The translations under genes were made by a program, and so were the position numbers. From an uncultured virus (IMG/VR IMGVR_UViG_3300050188_000002) (lineage: Duplodnaviria > Heunggongvirae > Uroviricota > Caudoviricetes), in the IMG/VR virus record IMGVR_UViG_3300050188_000002: DNA of 64,000 nucleotides, one strand, 5' to 3'. A model generated the notes under the pieces. It was not told the origin of the DNA, ran no database searches, and was given only the letters and a program-made list of their open reading frames with translations. Below, piece after piece: positions 21,233 to 32,364 of the stretch. How positions within the stretch are numbered: the first letter of the stretch is position 1; each line of letters begins with the position of its first letter.

Positions 21233-23197
21233 TTAGGTGATAGGGCGAGCGATGCGGGAAACCGAAGTCGTGGTGTATGCAGGGACGATGATGTCCTGGT
21301 TGTCTGGGTTGATTGCGAGGTTGTACGCCGTGCCTCCGCTGACGATGGGTACATTGTCCACGATCCCGGTAGTTGCGTTAATCAAGCTCACTCGGTTGGA
21401 GCCGGAGCACGCGACCACGGCGTTTCCGTCGCCGTCGAAAGTGATGTACTGCGGGTCTACTACTACGGTGTAAGTCGCAAGCAATGTACCGCCGCTGTCG
21501 TAACGCTTAACATCATCAGTACCCTCGCACGCGACCCATACTTCTCCGGTGGGCGAATACGCCGCGCAGGTCGGGCTACTAAGGCCGGTCTTAAAGGTGG
21601 TCACGGCGCCGGACGAGGTGTCAACTTCAACAACGGTCCCAGCGCTGTATCCCGGGAGGACAAGTTTCGTCTGTGCGACATTAAGAGACCCTTGTCCGGC
21701 GCCAGTTGGCAAGCCTGTGGCGAACGACAGTGTGACGCTGCCGCCGTTTGTCACCTTGGTTAGCGTGCCGATGGAGAGTTTGCAGAAATAATCCCCGCTC
21801 AACATCACATACAAACCGATGGTGGTTGCGGTCGCTCCGACCGTGTCGGTAGAGGCAATCGTCCCGGTGGATAAGGCGATGCGCTTGACGGTCGTTCCGC
21901 CGTTTGGCATCATCAAAATCTCGCTCGTGGTCGGGTGCATTGCGATACATGTGGGCGAAGAGTGCCCAGCCGACCACGTCGTATTGATGGCTCCACCATA
22001 CGTAGAGCGGGAAATCGTACCTGCGCTGTTATTACCGATGAAAACCGAGTCTGTGACTGGATCGACTGCGACGCAAAAAGGCTGCGCTCCGGAGACAACC
22101 CAATCGGTCTGCACGATGCTGGTGCGGTTAGTCGGGATGGTCGGAATATCGCTCGTCCACGCCAGCGTCTTCGTTGTGCTGCCATCGTAGATTTTGCAGC
22201 GGCTGTCTGTGGTCGAAAGGTACGAATACCCCTGCGCCTGCGTCAGGCCGTTCCAAGCCGTATCCGTCATGGCTGGAAATCCTAGTGTGAATCCATTGCC
22301 CCCTTCGATCTTGAATGCGTCAGTGGTCAGCGTCGCAACACTCGTGTAATTCCGCTGAATAATAAAGTGCCCGCTCATCAGTAACGATCCTTGTTGCCCT
22401 GCGTTGTCCACAAGTTCAACATACCCAGCGGAAACTAGTGCGTTGGAGGTGTCGGCCGCTGTAATCAAGGAGCTCCCACCAAAAATCCGATGGACTGCGC
22501 CGTTGGTGGTGTTGGTTACTTCGATGGCAGCAGTCCCTGTTGTATGGGACAGCGACACCGGGGTACTGGTGGCGACCGTGATCGTAGGGCCGGCATCGTA
22601 GGCGTCTTGGAGGGTACCACCACCGCCCGTCGTGCTCACCACCCCATCAATATCCACAGTCAAGGTGACACCGTCTACTTTAAGCACCCCGAGTTTAGTT
22701 GTTGATGCATGAGGTATGGCTGTGTTTGCAAGTGTATCCCAAATACCAGGGAACAAATCGCTCGGTGGTTCATTGATATTGTCTGATTGGGCAACCCAAG
22801 CAATTCCATCATTTGTCACCACAATATCCCCAGCCAAATATGGGATGAATGCATCCCATGCTCGCCCACCTATGACCATAGGCGCCCATAGAGTAGGATC
22901 TGTGCCAGGCTCAACGTTTAGAGAATCATTGGCGGCACGATAGGAGGCTCCTTGATAGTTGACCATGTCTCCTTCCAAGTACGATATTACAGGAGACCAC
23001 TCTCGCCCGCCTACGTCTCCACCACCAGTACTCAATGGTGTTTCTATGCCAGCAATGTCACGGCATGGGTTTCCGGCATTAACGCCATCTGATGGTATGT
23101 ACATAAGACCATCAACGTTCCCGCCTAAAGCTGCGCGATAAGCGATTAGTTGGGCCTGAGTTATTGACGGAATTTTAATTGGGTTTGGTGTAGACAT
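21233..23197 (-). CDS. putative tail fibre/receptor-binding protein with two CBM5/12-like repeats and a C-terminal beta-propeller
   Basis: W.....Y..GD.V...G..Y/W.A......P......W twice; NHL/YVTN-like repeats (PFCVAVDP, PTCIAMHP, PTCAAYSP, PQYITFDG, AYNLAINP). Confidence 0.7.
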   Translation of the reverse strand: MSTPNPIKIPSITQAQLIAYRAALGGNVDGLMYIPSDGVNAGNPCRDIAGIETPLSTGGGDVGGREWSPVISYLEGDMVNYQGASYRAANDSLNVEPGTDPTLWAPMVIGGRAWDAFIPYLAGDIVVTNDGIAWVAQSDNINEPPSDLFPGIWDTLANTAIPHASTTKLGVLKVDGVTLTVDIDGVVSTTGGGGTLQDAYDAGPTITVATSTPVSLSHTTGTAAIEVTNTTNGAVHRIFGGSSLITAADTSNALVSAGYVELVDNAGQQGSLLMSGHFIIQRNYTSVATLTTDAFKIEGGNGFTLGFPAMTDTAWNGLTQAQGYSYLSTTDSRCKIYDGSTTKTLAWTSDIPTIPTNRTSIVQTDWVVSGAQPFCVAVDPVTDSVFIGNNSAGTISRSTYGGAINTTWSAGHSSPTCIAMHPTTSEILMMPNGGTTVKRIALSTGTIASTDTVGATATTIGLYVMLSGDYFCKLSIGTLTKVTNGGSVTLSFATGLPTGAGQGSLNVAQTKLVLPGYSAGTVVEVDTSSGAVTTFKTGLSSPTCAAYSPTGEVWVACEGTDDVKRYDSGGTLLATYTVVVDPQYITFDGDGNAVVACSGSNRVSLINATTGIVDNVPIVSGGTAYNLAINPDNQDIIVPAYTTTSVSRIARPIT

Positions 23198-25570
23198 TTA
23201 GAAACCTATTACCTCAATGCGCAATCCGTTAGTTGGAGGGGCGCTAAGTAGTGTTACTATCAATATATTAGTCGGGTCTGCAATATCTTTATTTATGTCT
23301 TGTAATGGTACAAAAACTTCCGGTGATCCGCTAACATCCCATGCTTGTGTTACAACTAAAGACTTGCCAAGATTGTGTGTTACTGCGAATTGTGTGGCTA
23401 CACCGTCACCAACTAACTGTGTGAATGTAGGAACAGCTGTTGATACAGCCCCATCAACATACGCTGTAGTTGCTAATTTAGTTGAGTTATCATTAGGCAC
23501 CGCTGTAGGAGCAGAAGGAGTTCCAGTAAATACTGGTGATGCAAGCGGAGCGCGTGATGTATCAGAAGGGTGTACATGATCTTCGCGTGAAGCATTTGTA
23601 GATACTCCGGATGAAGCAACCCCATCCATCAGTGGAGATGATGACCCTAATTGGGCAACAGTTGGTTTATTCAATATCTGAGCCAAACCACTTACAGCAC
23701 TCCAATCTGCGTTTACAGGATCTACAATGCTTAGGTTAGTCTTGGCGCCAGAGATCGACGTTGCGCCGGTCCCCCCGTTACTTACTGAAAGAGTACCGGA
23801 CATTAATATGGTTCCGCTGGTAGTGACAGGACCTCCAGTGAATGTCATACCGGTTGAGCCGCCGCCAACGTCAACTGATGTAACTGTGCCTGAACTTGGA
23901 GATAGTCCGTCCAACTTAATCTTATCTGTTGGGTCCATCAATCCAGCATCGGTATTGTTAACAAGTGGAATAGTAGCACTTGTACCAAGTGGACTATTAA
24001 CCAACCCATTAGTTGATGATGCTGTATATGATAAGTTGCCTGATATAAGAACGTTCGCTGCCAAAGTTGCTCGACCCTTGTTGTCGAATGTAACCTGTGG
24101 AACCTGCGTTCCACTCCCATATACACCAGCTGTTACGCCTGATGTTCCTAGAGTTAGGACACCTGTATTAGATATGGATGCATCTCCAGATACAACTACG
24201 GCAGTAGCAACGTTGGACCCGTTTCCAACGAGAATGTTTCCTGATGTCAGAGTCCCGCTAATTGCATCTGTGATACCATATCCTACTAATGTTGTTGGAG
24301 TACCAGTAACATTAGCCCAAGCCGGGGTAATAACAACGTTAGAAGCGGTCGATATACGACCATCCGCTAGTACCGTAAACGTTCCGATGTTAGTTGCATC
24401 ACCATAAGATCCAGCAGTTACACCAGAGTTTGCAATTGTTGGGTTTGGATATGAACTAGCCAAAGAACCACCAGCAGGCCCAGATGGCGGGAAACCAACA
24501 GGTTGGTTGATGAGATCATTGTAATCTCCAGTAGTAGCAACGGTTGCTAAACTATCGATAGTAGATTTGTCTGTAGGAGATAATAAACCAGCATTAACGA
24601 TATCAGCCAATGATATTGATGCTCCTGTACCATTGGTATTTGTAACTGTACCATTGGATGGTGATGCTGTATAACCTAGATCTGTTACTGAAGAAGTGAT
24701 AGGAACGTTAACAGCAGCTAGAACCCGACCTTTTGAATCCAATGATATCTGGGCTACGTTATTAGCATCTCCATATGATCCGGCTGTTACACCAGAATCT
24801 TCTAAGCGAGCCGGATCTAACGTCCCAGAAGTAATGTTATCGGCGCTTACATTTGGTGTTCCAACGGCAATGTCATCGAAGTATAGATACTTAACTTCAT
24901 CTTCCCCCAACTGTCTGTTATAGAACTGTACGTCTGTAAATGCTACTTGAGTCAGTTGTTGGATAGATGCTCCAACCTTTACACCGCCCATTGTAATACT
25001 TGTAACAGCACCAGCAGTAATTGATACTGGTAATGTTGTGTATAGCATTCCATTTATATAAGTGACTATGCTAGTAGGAGTTACAAGGACTGTAACCATA
25101 TTCCAACTATTATCATCAATGTGAGCAGCATAGACCCCATCTATAGTAGTGGTGTTGTATGTAGTTCGAATAGCACCAGTTTCATCTGGTAGTGTTGATT
25201 TAGGAAGTTTAATTACGCTAATAGTATTTGAACCTGAAGCAATAGAGATCAGGTTCAACTTGGTATTACGAATGTAATTAGTTCTATATGTGAATGTGAA
25301 GGAGTATGTGCTGCTTAAGTCAGACACACATGTTATTGGTAGACTTACACTTCCAGTCAACCCGTCTACAACAACTGCGCTGTTTAGATTAAAGTCATCC
25401 AATATACCAAGTAGAACTCGATTGTTATAAGTTCCTGGTTGCCCAACGTTAATGGCGTTTCTTACGGTTGTACTTCCAATAACATCGTCGAATGGATACC
25501 AAGCAATTGGTCCTCTGTTCTTTACCTTTTCGGTATAATCTACGTATAACTGGGAAATCTTTAGTGGCAT
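23198..25570 (-). CDS. tail fibre protein with N-terminal LamG/ConA-like domain
   Basis: PIAWYPFDD...DDNSWNMV...YING...[15 protein letters not shown] repeats; [29 protein letters not shown] fibre motifs. Confidence 0.8.
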   Translation of the reverse strand: MPLKISQLYVDYTEKVKNRGPIAWYPFDDVIGSTTVRNAINVGQPGTYNNRVLLGILDDFNLNSAVVVDGLTGSVSLPITCVSDLSSTYSFTFTYRTNYIRNTKLNLISIASGSNTISVIKLPKSTLPDETGAIRTTYNTTTIDGVYAAHIDDNSWNMVTVLVTPTSIVTYINGMLYTTLPVSITAGAVTSITMGGVKVGASIQQLTQVAFTDVQFYNRQLGEDEVKYLYFDDIAVGTPNVSADNITSGTLDPARLEDSGVTAGSYGDANNVAQISLDSKGRVLAAVNVPITSSVTDLGYTASPSNGTVTNTNGTGASISLADIVNAGLLSPTDKSTIDSLATVATTGDYNDLINQPVGFPPSGPAGGSLASSYPNPTIANSGVTAGSYGDATNIGTFTVLADGRISTASNVVITPAWANVTGTPTTLVGYGITDAISGTLTSGNILVGNGSNVATAVVVSGDASISNTGVLTLGTSGVTAGVYGSGTQVPQVTFDNKGRATLAANVLISGNLSYTASSTNGLVNSPLGTSATIPLVNNTDAGLMDPTDKIKLDGLSPSSGTVTSVDVGGGSTGMTFTGGPVTTSGTILMSGTLSVSNGGTGATSISGAKTNLSIVDPVNADWSAVSGLAQILNKPTVAQLGSSSPLMDGVASSGVSTNASREDHVHPSDTSRAPLASPVFTGTPSAPTAVPNDNSTKLATTAYVDGAVSTAVPTFTQLVGDGVATQFAVTHNLGKSLVVTQAWDVSGSPEVFVPLQDINKDIADPTNILIVTLLSAPPTNGLRIEVIGF

Positions 25571-25604
25571 ATTATTACCTTTGGTAATGCGAGTTGTCTA
25601 AAGA

Positions 25605-25612
25605 TATTTATC
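25605..25612 (-). promoter_or_regulatory. T4-type late promoter
   Basis: GATAAATA on - strand upstream of the tail fibre. Confidence 0.55.
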
Positions 25613-25620
25613 TAATCCAG

Positions 25621-27810
25621 TTACTTGGGAGGATTGTAATGTCTATTAATAATTTCTGGTATAATCTTGTAATTTATACTGGTCTTACAATGTTCTATAA
25701 GTTTCATGTCGGTGGTCCAAACTGTACTCATATTGCAAGTTTCCTTAACATAATCTATTCTAGTATAACATTTTGGATCTATTGTACTCCATTTATACCC
25801 ATTGTGTTCAGTGTCATGGGCTGCTATTGTTTTAACCCCCGAATTTATAAAGTGCTGTACTATAGGAGATCTGGACATAGAACTACCATCAACGAATACA
25901 AATGATGGAATGTCGTATTCTTTTTCAGACCACGACGTCACCCCTGGTCTGACTTCGTAATTCCAATTGATATGATCCTTATATATAGTTCGTAGTTTAT
26001 CAGCCCAAGCATTATTAACTTCCATAGGAACGTTCTGTCCTTGTTCTATGGTATTCAGTTTAACTCCACCATTTAATAGAATAGACGTGGACCAATAACC
26101 TCCACCAAACTCATATACAAGTTTATCTTTTAATTCTAATACAGTTATGATATCATGTAACATACCTATATGGGTACCACATTGATACGAATACCGATCT
26201 GTCTTAATAGCCTTATCCATTATGGTCTGCAATTCGAACACATCTTTTGGTCCCCATTCATCGAATAAGTTAAACTTATGCCCAATTGGTTTAAACTTAT
26301 TCATACCACTATCAGTTGGAAACCTATCATACATCAGTTGTGCTATCTCCTTATCATACTTCTTATAAGGACGTAATAGATGTGAATCGGTATAATGTCC
26401 ATCTGCTAATGAAATCTTATTGTATCCCCAGTTTATTTTATCAATCCTGACAACCGGGATATAGTCCATGAACTTTAATATACATCCACTATTGTTTATA
26501 TCATCAGTTAACATCTGCTCATCAGTAACAAACGTCACTTTATATTTATTGTAATATGATTTACAATACTCATCAAATGTAGTATTGCTATTAAATGCTT
26601 TTGTGAATACCTCGGACTTGGCAGCAACCCACATCATGCAATACTTATCATTGTTGTAATACGGTTTTTTCCTTGAAATGCATATAGTTTCTTTATCTAC
26701 TAATGATATCAAGCTATCATAGTACTTATTCTGTAATGGCATTGAGTCGGAATCTGATATCAACATAATGCCGTCTATGAACGATGACGCATATAATCTG
26801 CTTATCTGAGACTGCCATACATAGTTTCTGCCAAACGTTGGATCAAACGTTTGTGATACTTCTGAGTTCTTTAGTCTAAGTATAATGCCATATTCATTCT
26901 CTTCTATAGAGTTCTCGTTGCATATAAACGTATAGAATGTCTTATACCCAAACTTATTCCACATATATGATACTGGTTCATAGAAGTCATGATATTCATC
27001 GTCAATGGACCCAAACGATACCCAAGCCTTAGGATTTATTCTATTAGTCCATTTTAAAGACTTAGACCTCAAATAGTCTATATCATCTGTTACTATCTTC
27101 TTATTTTCATTATTCATTGGTGCTCCGTGGTATTTACTTATTCCATCTCCTATAACATCTCTAATATCTTTTCTAACATCTAATCTTTCTCTAACCTTAA
27201 AGTCATATAACTTAACTTGAGAACTGTATTCGATACACCTATCTTTTACAATCGGATATATAACATTTCCTAAAAACAATTCATCTTCACCATAATACCC
27301 CCGCGACTTTGGTATAAACTCTTGTGATAGAGACCTTACATGTCTTATATTATCATTTCCCCTAATAGAGAATAACCCACATGGTATAGCAGATTTCTGA
27401 CCTGGGTGGTCTCTCATGATACAATAATCATATATAGTATTCAACCAATCGCTTATAACATTAATTTCTCTATGACTTATTTTGGCATCTATATCTCTAG
27501 ACAATAGTATATCACAATCTACGTTAAACCGCTGAAGACTTCCCTTATGTCCATCAGTCTTAAAGAAACTATATGAGTCTATCAATGGGATTAATCTCGA
27601 TGTTATATCTTCTCTAACATCATCACCAAACCCTATATGAATGCTCCAATCAGACCCATACATATCTCTAACATCCTTTATGTTTCTTATGGCCCCGTCT
27701 ACGTATAAGTCTTTATTACCATACAAAACGAATGAAACTATCTTGTTCTCGGTGATTAATTTCGGAATAAATTTATCTATAACTAAAGTATTACCTGAAA
27801 TAAATTTCAT
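25621..27810 (-). CDS. multidomain glycosyltransferase-like protein with a C-terminal SAM-methyltransferase-like domain
   Basis: VSFVLYG...Y..GA...SRDIDAK...MRDHP; ISDSDSMP; EFGGGYWST...VFVDG...AHD. Confidence 0.65.
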   Translation of the reverse strand: MKFISGNTLVIDKFIPKLITENKIVSFVLYGNKDLYVDGAIRNIKDVRDMYGSDWSIHIGFGDDVREDITSRLIPLIDSYSFFKTDGHKGSLQRFNVDCDILLSRDIDAKISHREINVISDWLNTIYDYCIMRDHPGQKSAIPCGLFSIRGNDNIRHVRSLSQEFIPKSRGYYGEDELFLGNVIYPIVKDRCIEYSSQVKLYDFKVRERLDVRKDIRDVIGDGISKYHGAPMNNENKKIVTDDIDYLRSKSLKWTNRINPKAWVSFGSIDDEYHDFYEPVSYMWNKFGYKTFYTFICNENSIEENEYGIILRLKNSEVSQTFDPTFGRNYVWQSQISRLYASSFIDGIMLISDSDSMPLQNKYYDSLISLVDKETICISRKKPYYNNDKYCMMWVAAKSEVFTKAFNSNTTFDEYCKSYYNKYKVTFVTDEQMLTDDINNSGCILKFMDYIPVVRIDKINWGYNKISLADGHYTDSHLLRPYKKYDKEIAQLMYDRFPTDSGMNKFKPIGHKFNLFDEWGPKDVFELQTIMDKAIKTDRYSYQCGTHIGMLHDIITVLELKDKLVYEFGGGYWSTSILLNGGVKLNTIEQGQNVPMEVNNAWADKLRTIYKDHINWNYEVRPGVTSWSEKEYDIPSFVFVDGSSMSRSPIVQHFINSGVKTIAAHDTEHNGYKWSTIDPKCYTRIDYVKETCNMSTVWTTDMKLIEHCKTSINYKIIPEIINRHYNPPK

Positions 27811-30062
27811 ATCAGTTTATTCTTAAAATGCGGTACCTCGCCGGTAATGGTATTTACCTCCAAATACTTACAAAATGGTTCCCAACCATCTTTGAATGAA
27901 TATTCTAAGAATGGTACCCCCATATGTTTACATAAGCTCCTGATCTTATCCTTATGATTTGATAAGTCTTTATCGCTTTGTAATCCTCTCCAACAAGATA
28001 TATCTATGAGGTCAGTTATAGTCTTTGTATTATTGTACTTTGCCCCTTGTAGATACTTGTCTAACCCATTCCTATTCCATGATTCTTTAACTCTTTCTAT
28101 GTCCCTATTAATATATATAACCTTAACATTATGAGTATATTGTAAGATTCCATGTAAAAATTCTGCATTATAAAACGGAGTATCAGCAAAGAAGTTATAA
28201 CCTTTACTCAATGCTGCCTTATAATTAAAACATACATGAGCACTTTTAAACCCACACCTATCAGCCATATGACACATATTAGTGGTTCCGCTCCTAGGTA
28301 ACGATGCTAGAATTATTATAGGTCTTTTTAACTCTAATTCATACCCTCTCTTTAAATCCTCTAACTCAGACTCCCACGGCAATGAACACCCTTCTAACTT
28401 TCCCCAAGGCTTAGGAGCCTCTGGAAACTGATTCGTTCTTATGTTAGAACCATGTATATGCCAAGTTTTTATACTCTTAGAAGGATTTATAACCTCATAT
28501 CCGGCTCTCATCAATCTCTCAGTAAATGCTCCATCACACCCCCATATTCCCAAACCAAATGATATTTCTGGTATGTCTTTTATCTTACCCCTAAAACCCC
28601 ACACATCAGCAGATACATACCTCGGATTATCAACCCTATACGATTTACTACTATCCAACCCTAATCCTTTTAACTCTACACCATCATACCTAGACAATGA
28701 TATAGCCTGTTTAGAACTCAACTTTAATGTATATATAATACTATCATCTAAAATTATATCAGAGTTTCCAAATAAGTTTATTGTATTATTACTTTCGTAA
28801 GGCTTTATATAGTCTATGAATTCCTTAAACATCATCCGATCTTGTTTGGTAATCTCTATTACATTGATATAAGGATTCTTTTTATTTACCATTAAACAAT
28901 AATCTAACTCTAATTGTCTAATAGGGTTTGGATGTTTAAATACTTGTACGAAATAGTTTATACGCTTGGCCGCGGTAACATCCACTATAACAGAGTCCTT
29001 CGTAGTATACTTTACTCGTTTGTATAATAACTTAACCTTAAACCGACTATTGTATCCGATTAACTGTCCATAGTTATCATACCTCAACTCATGGTTATCA
29101 AATCGTATTACCCCATCTTTTACTGTATAATCATGGTTATCTCTAGTCTTCCCGCCCTTATCAAAGACCTTCACACAAGTGAATTGACCTCCCCAAGTTT
29201 CATCTCCATCAGTATTAGGATTGATATACTGTTCCCAACTACTCTCTTCTATAGACTTTAATATGTCTATAGGAATATCAATCGTCTTCTTACTTAACAT
29301 ATTAATACCAACATCATACTTCTCTTTGCACATCTTCAACCAATCATTCTTTAACCCCGGAATTATAGTTATAACCCCAATAGGTAATTTACCCGAGTCT
29401 AATAACTCATTAATCTTACGTCCTATAACGTCATATTTACTCTCTTCATTACTCTCGGATTGTGAACTATGATGATAACTTATTCCTCCCCAACGATATA
29501 CCATAGAAGAATCATAATCTATGGTATAACATCTCCCACCAGTCTTTGTGCCTAATGCTTTAAATAAATTCTGATCACATATGTCAGCGTCATATAAACC
29601 CCCAGGCGCTATATACCCTCCAACCGTATCGTATGTATTACGACTATACGCAAATAAATGGCAATATGTATCATTTGGTTTATAGTCTATTACGCTATCT
29701 ACTGTCCCGTAATATCTACCATATAACTGTATCCAATTATGTGTAGGATTATTTTCTATATGTTTAACATATTGTTCTAAAAACTTAGGAAGGAACACAT
29801 CGTCATCGTCAAATGGTATAACCCAATCACCAGTAGATCTTATAACCCCCTCATGCATAGCCTGACAATGGTTCTTAGGCCTCTCAGATAAGTTATATAC
29901 CTTTACCAGTGGATGATCGTATATAAAGGTTTGCCGTGGACATGTATTAACTAGTATCAATTCCTTATTATCATAAGTCTGATCTAAGAAACATTGTACG
30001 ACCTCTCCCAAGTATTGGTGTCTACCATATACTATACAGATGCATGACATCTTAATACTCAT
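27807..30062 (-). CDS. GT2 glycosyltransferase fused to a second GT-like domain and a sulfotransferase-like domain
   Basis: FLDQTYDNKELILVN, DDDD; NSDI; SLPRSGTT and DGWEPFCKYL. Confidence 0.75.
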   Translation of the reverse strand: MSIKMSCICIVYGRHQYLGEVVQCFLDQTYDNKELILVNTCPRQTFIYDHPLVKVYNLSERPKNHCQAMHEGVIRSTGDWVIPFDDDDVFLPKFLEQYVKHIENNPTHNWIQLYGRYYGTVDSVIDYKPNDTYCHLFAYSRNTYDTVGGYIAPGGLYDADICDQNLFKALGTKTGGRCYTIDYDSSMVYRWGGISYHHSSQSESNEESKYDVIGRKINELLDSGKLPIGVITIIPGLKNDWLKMCKEKYDVGINMLSKKTIDIPIDILKSIEESSWEQYINPNTDGDETWGGQFTCVKVFDKGGKTRDNHDYTVKDGVIRFDNHELRYDNYGQLIGYNSRFKVKLLYKRVKYTTKDSVIVDVTAAKRINYFVQVFKHPNPIRQLELDYCLMVNKKNPYINVIEITKQDRMMFKEFIDYIKPYESNNTINLFGNSDIILDDSIIYTLKLSSKQAISLSRYDGVELKGLGLDSSKSYRVDNPRYVSADVWGFRGKIKDIPEISFGLGIWGCDGAFTERLMRAGYEVINPSKSIKTWHIHGSNIRTNQFPEAPKPWGKLEGCSLPWESELEDLKRGYELELKRPIIILASLPRSGTTNMCHMADRCGFKSAHVCFNYKAALSKGYNFFADTPFYNAEFLHGILQYTHNVKVIYINRDIERVKESWNRNGLDKYLQGAKYNNTKTITDLIDISCWRGLQSDKDLSNHKDKIRSLCKHMGVPFLEYSFKDGWEPFCKYLEVNTITGEVPHFKNKLI

Positions 30063-30955
30063 CCTAGCTCCTTCTCATACTTAAGTCTTATATCTTCTGG
30101 TGTTGTATCTAACTTAATACATTCGCGTATAACATTATTCATATACTCCTGTGTGAATAAGTCTGTAAATTGATTGGTTATAATCCTTACATCCATACCT
30201 ATCTCCAATGCCCCAATGATATAGTTCCTAATGCGATCTTCCCAACGATTAGGATATGGTTGATTACCAGACACCCTGGTAAACCTATGTGACCATTCAA
30301 GGTATGGAAGGCACATTAAACATCTACCATAGGTTTCATATCTCAATCCCAGCAGCCATTCTTCTCCACCAAATCCTTTATAGTGATTATTGAACCCAAG
30401 CCAACTAGACTTCTTAGAAGCAAATAATCCAAACCCATGTGCTCCAATTCTAAATGGCTTGATAGGAAGATCCTTACGCTCTACGTTAATCCATTGTCCC
30501 CAGAAATGCACACCCCATACATCGTTCAACCCTATAGCACAAGTGGTATTGTTCTCATGTACCATTACGCCATGTATTAGATTGTCTGTATCAGTTACTT
30601 CGAAGTATTCAATCAACTTCTCCAAAGCCCCATTGGCAAGCATAACATGACAATCTATACATAATACATAGTCTGCTGTAGCATTATTGAAAACCTCATT
30701 ACGAACCGATGTAGATACTTTCTCTGTATAAGGAATATATCTAACTACTTCTCTTCCATCGGCATACCACCCAAAGTCCGCACAAGTCTTTTTGACACAC
30801 TTCCCATGGTCTGAGTCTGGATTGTTATCCACAACAATAATCTCACATTGTTCTATGATAGGTTTATGATGCATTCTCAAAGACTGTAATGTGAAGTAAA
30901 CTCCTTCATAATCATCAAAACAGGCCATCCCAATTGTAAGTCTTGGCTTATTCAT
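30059..30955 (-). CDS. GT2 family glycosyltransferase
   Basis: LTIGM, EIIVVDN, VLCIDCH, GFGGEE. Confidence 0.8.
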   Translation of the reverse strand: MNKPRLTIGMACFDDYEGVYFTLQSLRMHHKPIIEQCEIIVVDNNPDSDHGKCVKKTCADFGWYADGREVVRYIPYTEKVSTSVRNEVFNNATADYVLCIDCHVMLANGALEKLIEYFEVTDTDNLIHGVMVHENNTTCAIGLNDVWGVHFWGQWINVERKDLPIKPFRIGAHGFGLFASKKSSWLGFNNHYKGFGGEEWLLGLRYETYGRCLMCLPYLEWSHRFTRVSGNQPYPNRWEDRIRNYIIGALEIGMDVRIITNQFTDLFTQEYMNNVIRECIKLDTTPEDIRLKYEKELG

Positions 30956-31140
30956 ATACCTGTAATTATCTCATGGTATAATGATTTTTCAACGTTAATC
31001 CCAAATCTTTTTATATGGGGTTAACCTATTTTAATTTTGAGTATTCAATACATCTAAAGAACCTAGATTCTCTATAGGCACTATTACTCCAATGTGAACC
31101 GTATGTGTGAAACTTGTGGAAACATCTACCCATAATAAGA

Positions 31141-31170
31141 AAAGGCCCTTCAACGGGGCCTTTATCTTTT
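31141..31170. terminator. intrinsic terminator after clpP-like gene
   Basis: AAAGGCCC-ttcaacg-GGGCCTTT flanked by A/T runs. Confidence 0.7.
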
Positions 31171-31846
31171 ACTTCTTACGTCTTATAATCTTCTTTTTTA
31201 CTTTGGTTTCCACTTCTGCTTTCTCCTTGGCTTCATCAACCAAATCACAGATACGACTTATCACTCCCCATATATCAGCAGGATTACGAATCACGGTGTC
31301 AACCAAGCCGTTTGCCTTCGCTTCATCTGAATCCATGTAAGTATCATGACTCATCATCTTCTTGATGACCGATATCTTCAACCCAGTCTGACTACGATAC
31401 ATCTGTTCCATTAGATCCTGTAACTTCAACATGTTCTCGGTCGAATCATATAAGTCATGGATAGTACCTTCTGTACCAGAACTTAAGCTATGAACCATGT
31501 ATGAGCTACCTGGTAAACAAAATCTCAATCCCTTACGACCTGCTGATGCTATGAAACTTCCAGCAGAGTACGCTTTACCCATCGCCAATGTAGCAACAGG
31601 ACTACGCATCAATACCTGCATGGTTTGAATCAACTCAATGGCACTCAATAAATCACCGCCATATGAACTGACGATTAGTAAAATAGGCTTACCACAATCG
31701 GCATTATCTAAGAATAACATCCTATCTATTACTCGTTTAACTTCTATTTCATTAACCGAGTTTAACCAGATAGTTCGGCTTACCTCTGAGAAGTAACCAC
31801 TACTATCTCCGCCGCTAGGCACATTTACGATTACTTGATTTGACAT
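31169..31846 (-). CDS. clpP: ClpP-like serine protease
   Basis: SSYGGD, GKAYSAGS (catalytic Ser), YMVH, HDTYMDSDEAKANGLVD. Confidence 0.85.
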   Translation of the reverse strand: MSNQVIVNVPSGGDSSGYFSEVSRTIWLNSVNEIEVKRVIDRMLFLDNADCGKPILLIVSSYGGDLLSAIELIQTMQVLMRSPVATLAMGKAYSAGSFIASAGRKGLRFCLPGSSYMVHSLSSGTEGTIHDLYDSTENMLKLQDLMEQMYRSQTGLKISVIKKMMSHDTYMDSDEAKANGLVDTVIRNPADIWGVISRICDLVDEAKEKAEVETKVKKKIIRRKK

Positions 31847-32364
31847 GTTCTAATCTCCTTTATTATATTATTTAAATTGCTTTCTAATTCATCTTTATAT
31901 GATATTCTAACCAGTTTAGCACCGGTTATAAACTCTGTAGTCGTCTTACGGCTATGCTCTGCACATTTTGCAACCCCACACTTTCTACAGCCTTTTCCGG
32001 AGTTTATATGTGCTGACGCTATTATAGCAAAATCGCCATGTTTCCTACATGTTATAGTAACAGGGTTTAAAGCATATTTATATTCAGTGTTTGTATAATC
32101 ATAGGTGTCGCTATGTATTTCTTTTGCTCTTTTTATAAACTCTTCAGTATTAATCTTCCGTTTCCTATTAACGGTCTTACACTTTAAACAACCTTGTCTA
32201 CAACTTAAATGTGCATTTGGTGTAATATTGAACCCCCCATGTATTGGACACGACACAACTACGTACTCAACAGATTTTTTATATTCTGTCTTGTCATACA
32301 AATAAAAGTTCTTATGAACTTCATTTGCTTTGTTTATAAATTCTTGTGTAGTTAAGCGTATCAT
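31831..32364 (-). CDS. zinc-binding repeat protein resembling a homing endonuclease with the nuclease core missing
   Basis: Two FI..A..H...YDY....Y......C..HG.F.....H....GC..C repeats, then directly LVRISY. Confidence 0.6.
   Translation of the reverse strand: MIRLTTQEFINKANEVHKNFYLYDKTEYKKSVEYVVVSCPIHGGFNITPNAHLSCRQGCLKCKTVNRKRKINTEEFIKRAKEIHSDTYDYTNTEYKYALNPVTITCRKHGDFAIIASAHINSGKGCRKCGVAKCAEHSRKTTTEFITGAKLVRISYKDELESNLNNIIKEIRTCQIK

Noticed and set aside
20067..23200. Diversity-generating retroelement or shufflon
   Set aside because: No reverse transcriptase or invertase in the window; the repeats are N-terminal and direct, and differences are not adenine-specific.
30825..30833. Perfect DnaA box
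   Set aside because: Isolated and inside a coding motif (VVDN); likely chance.
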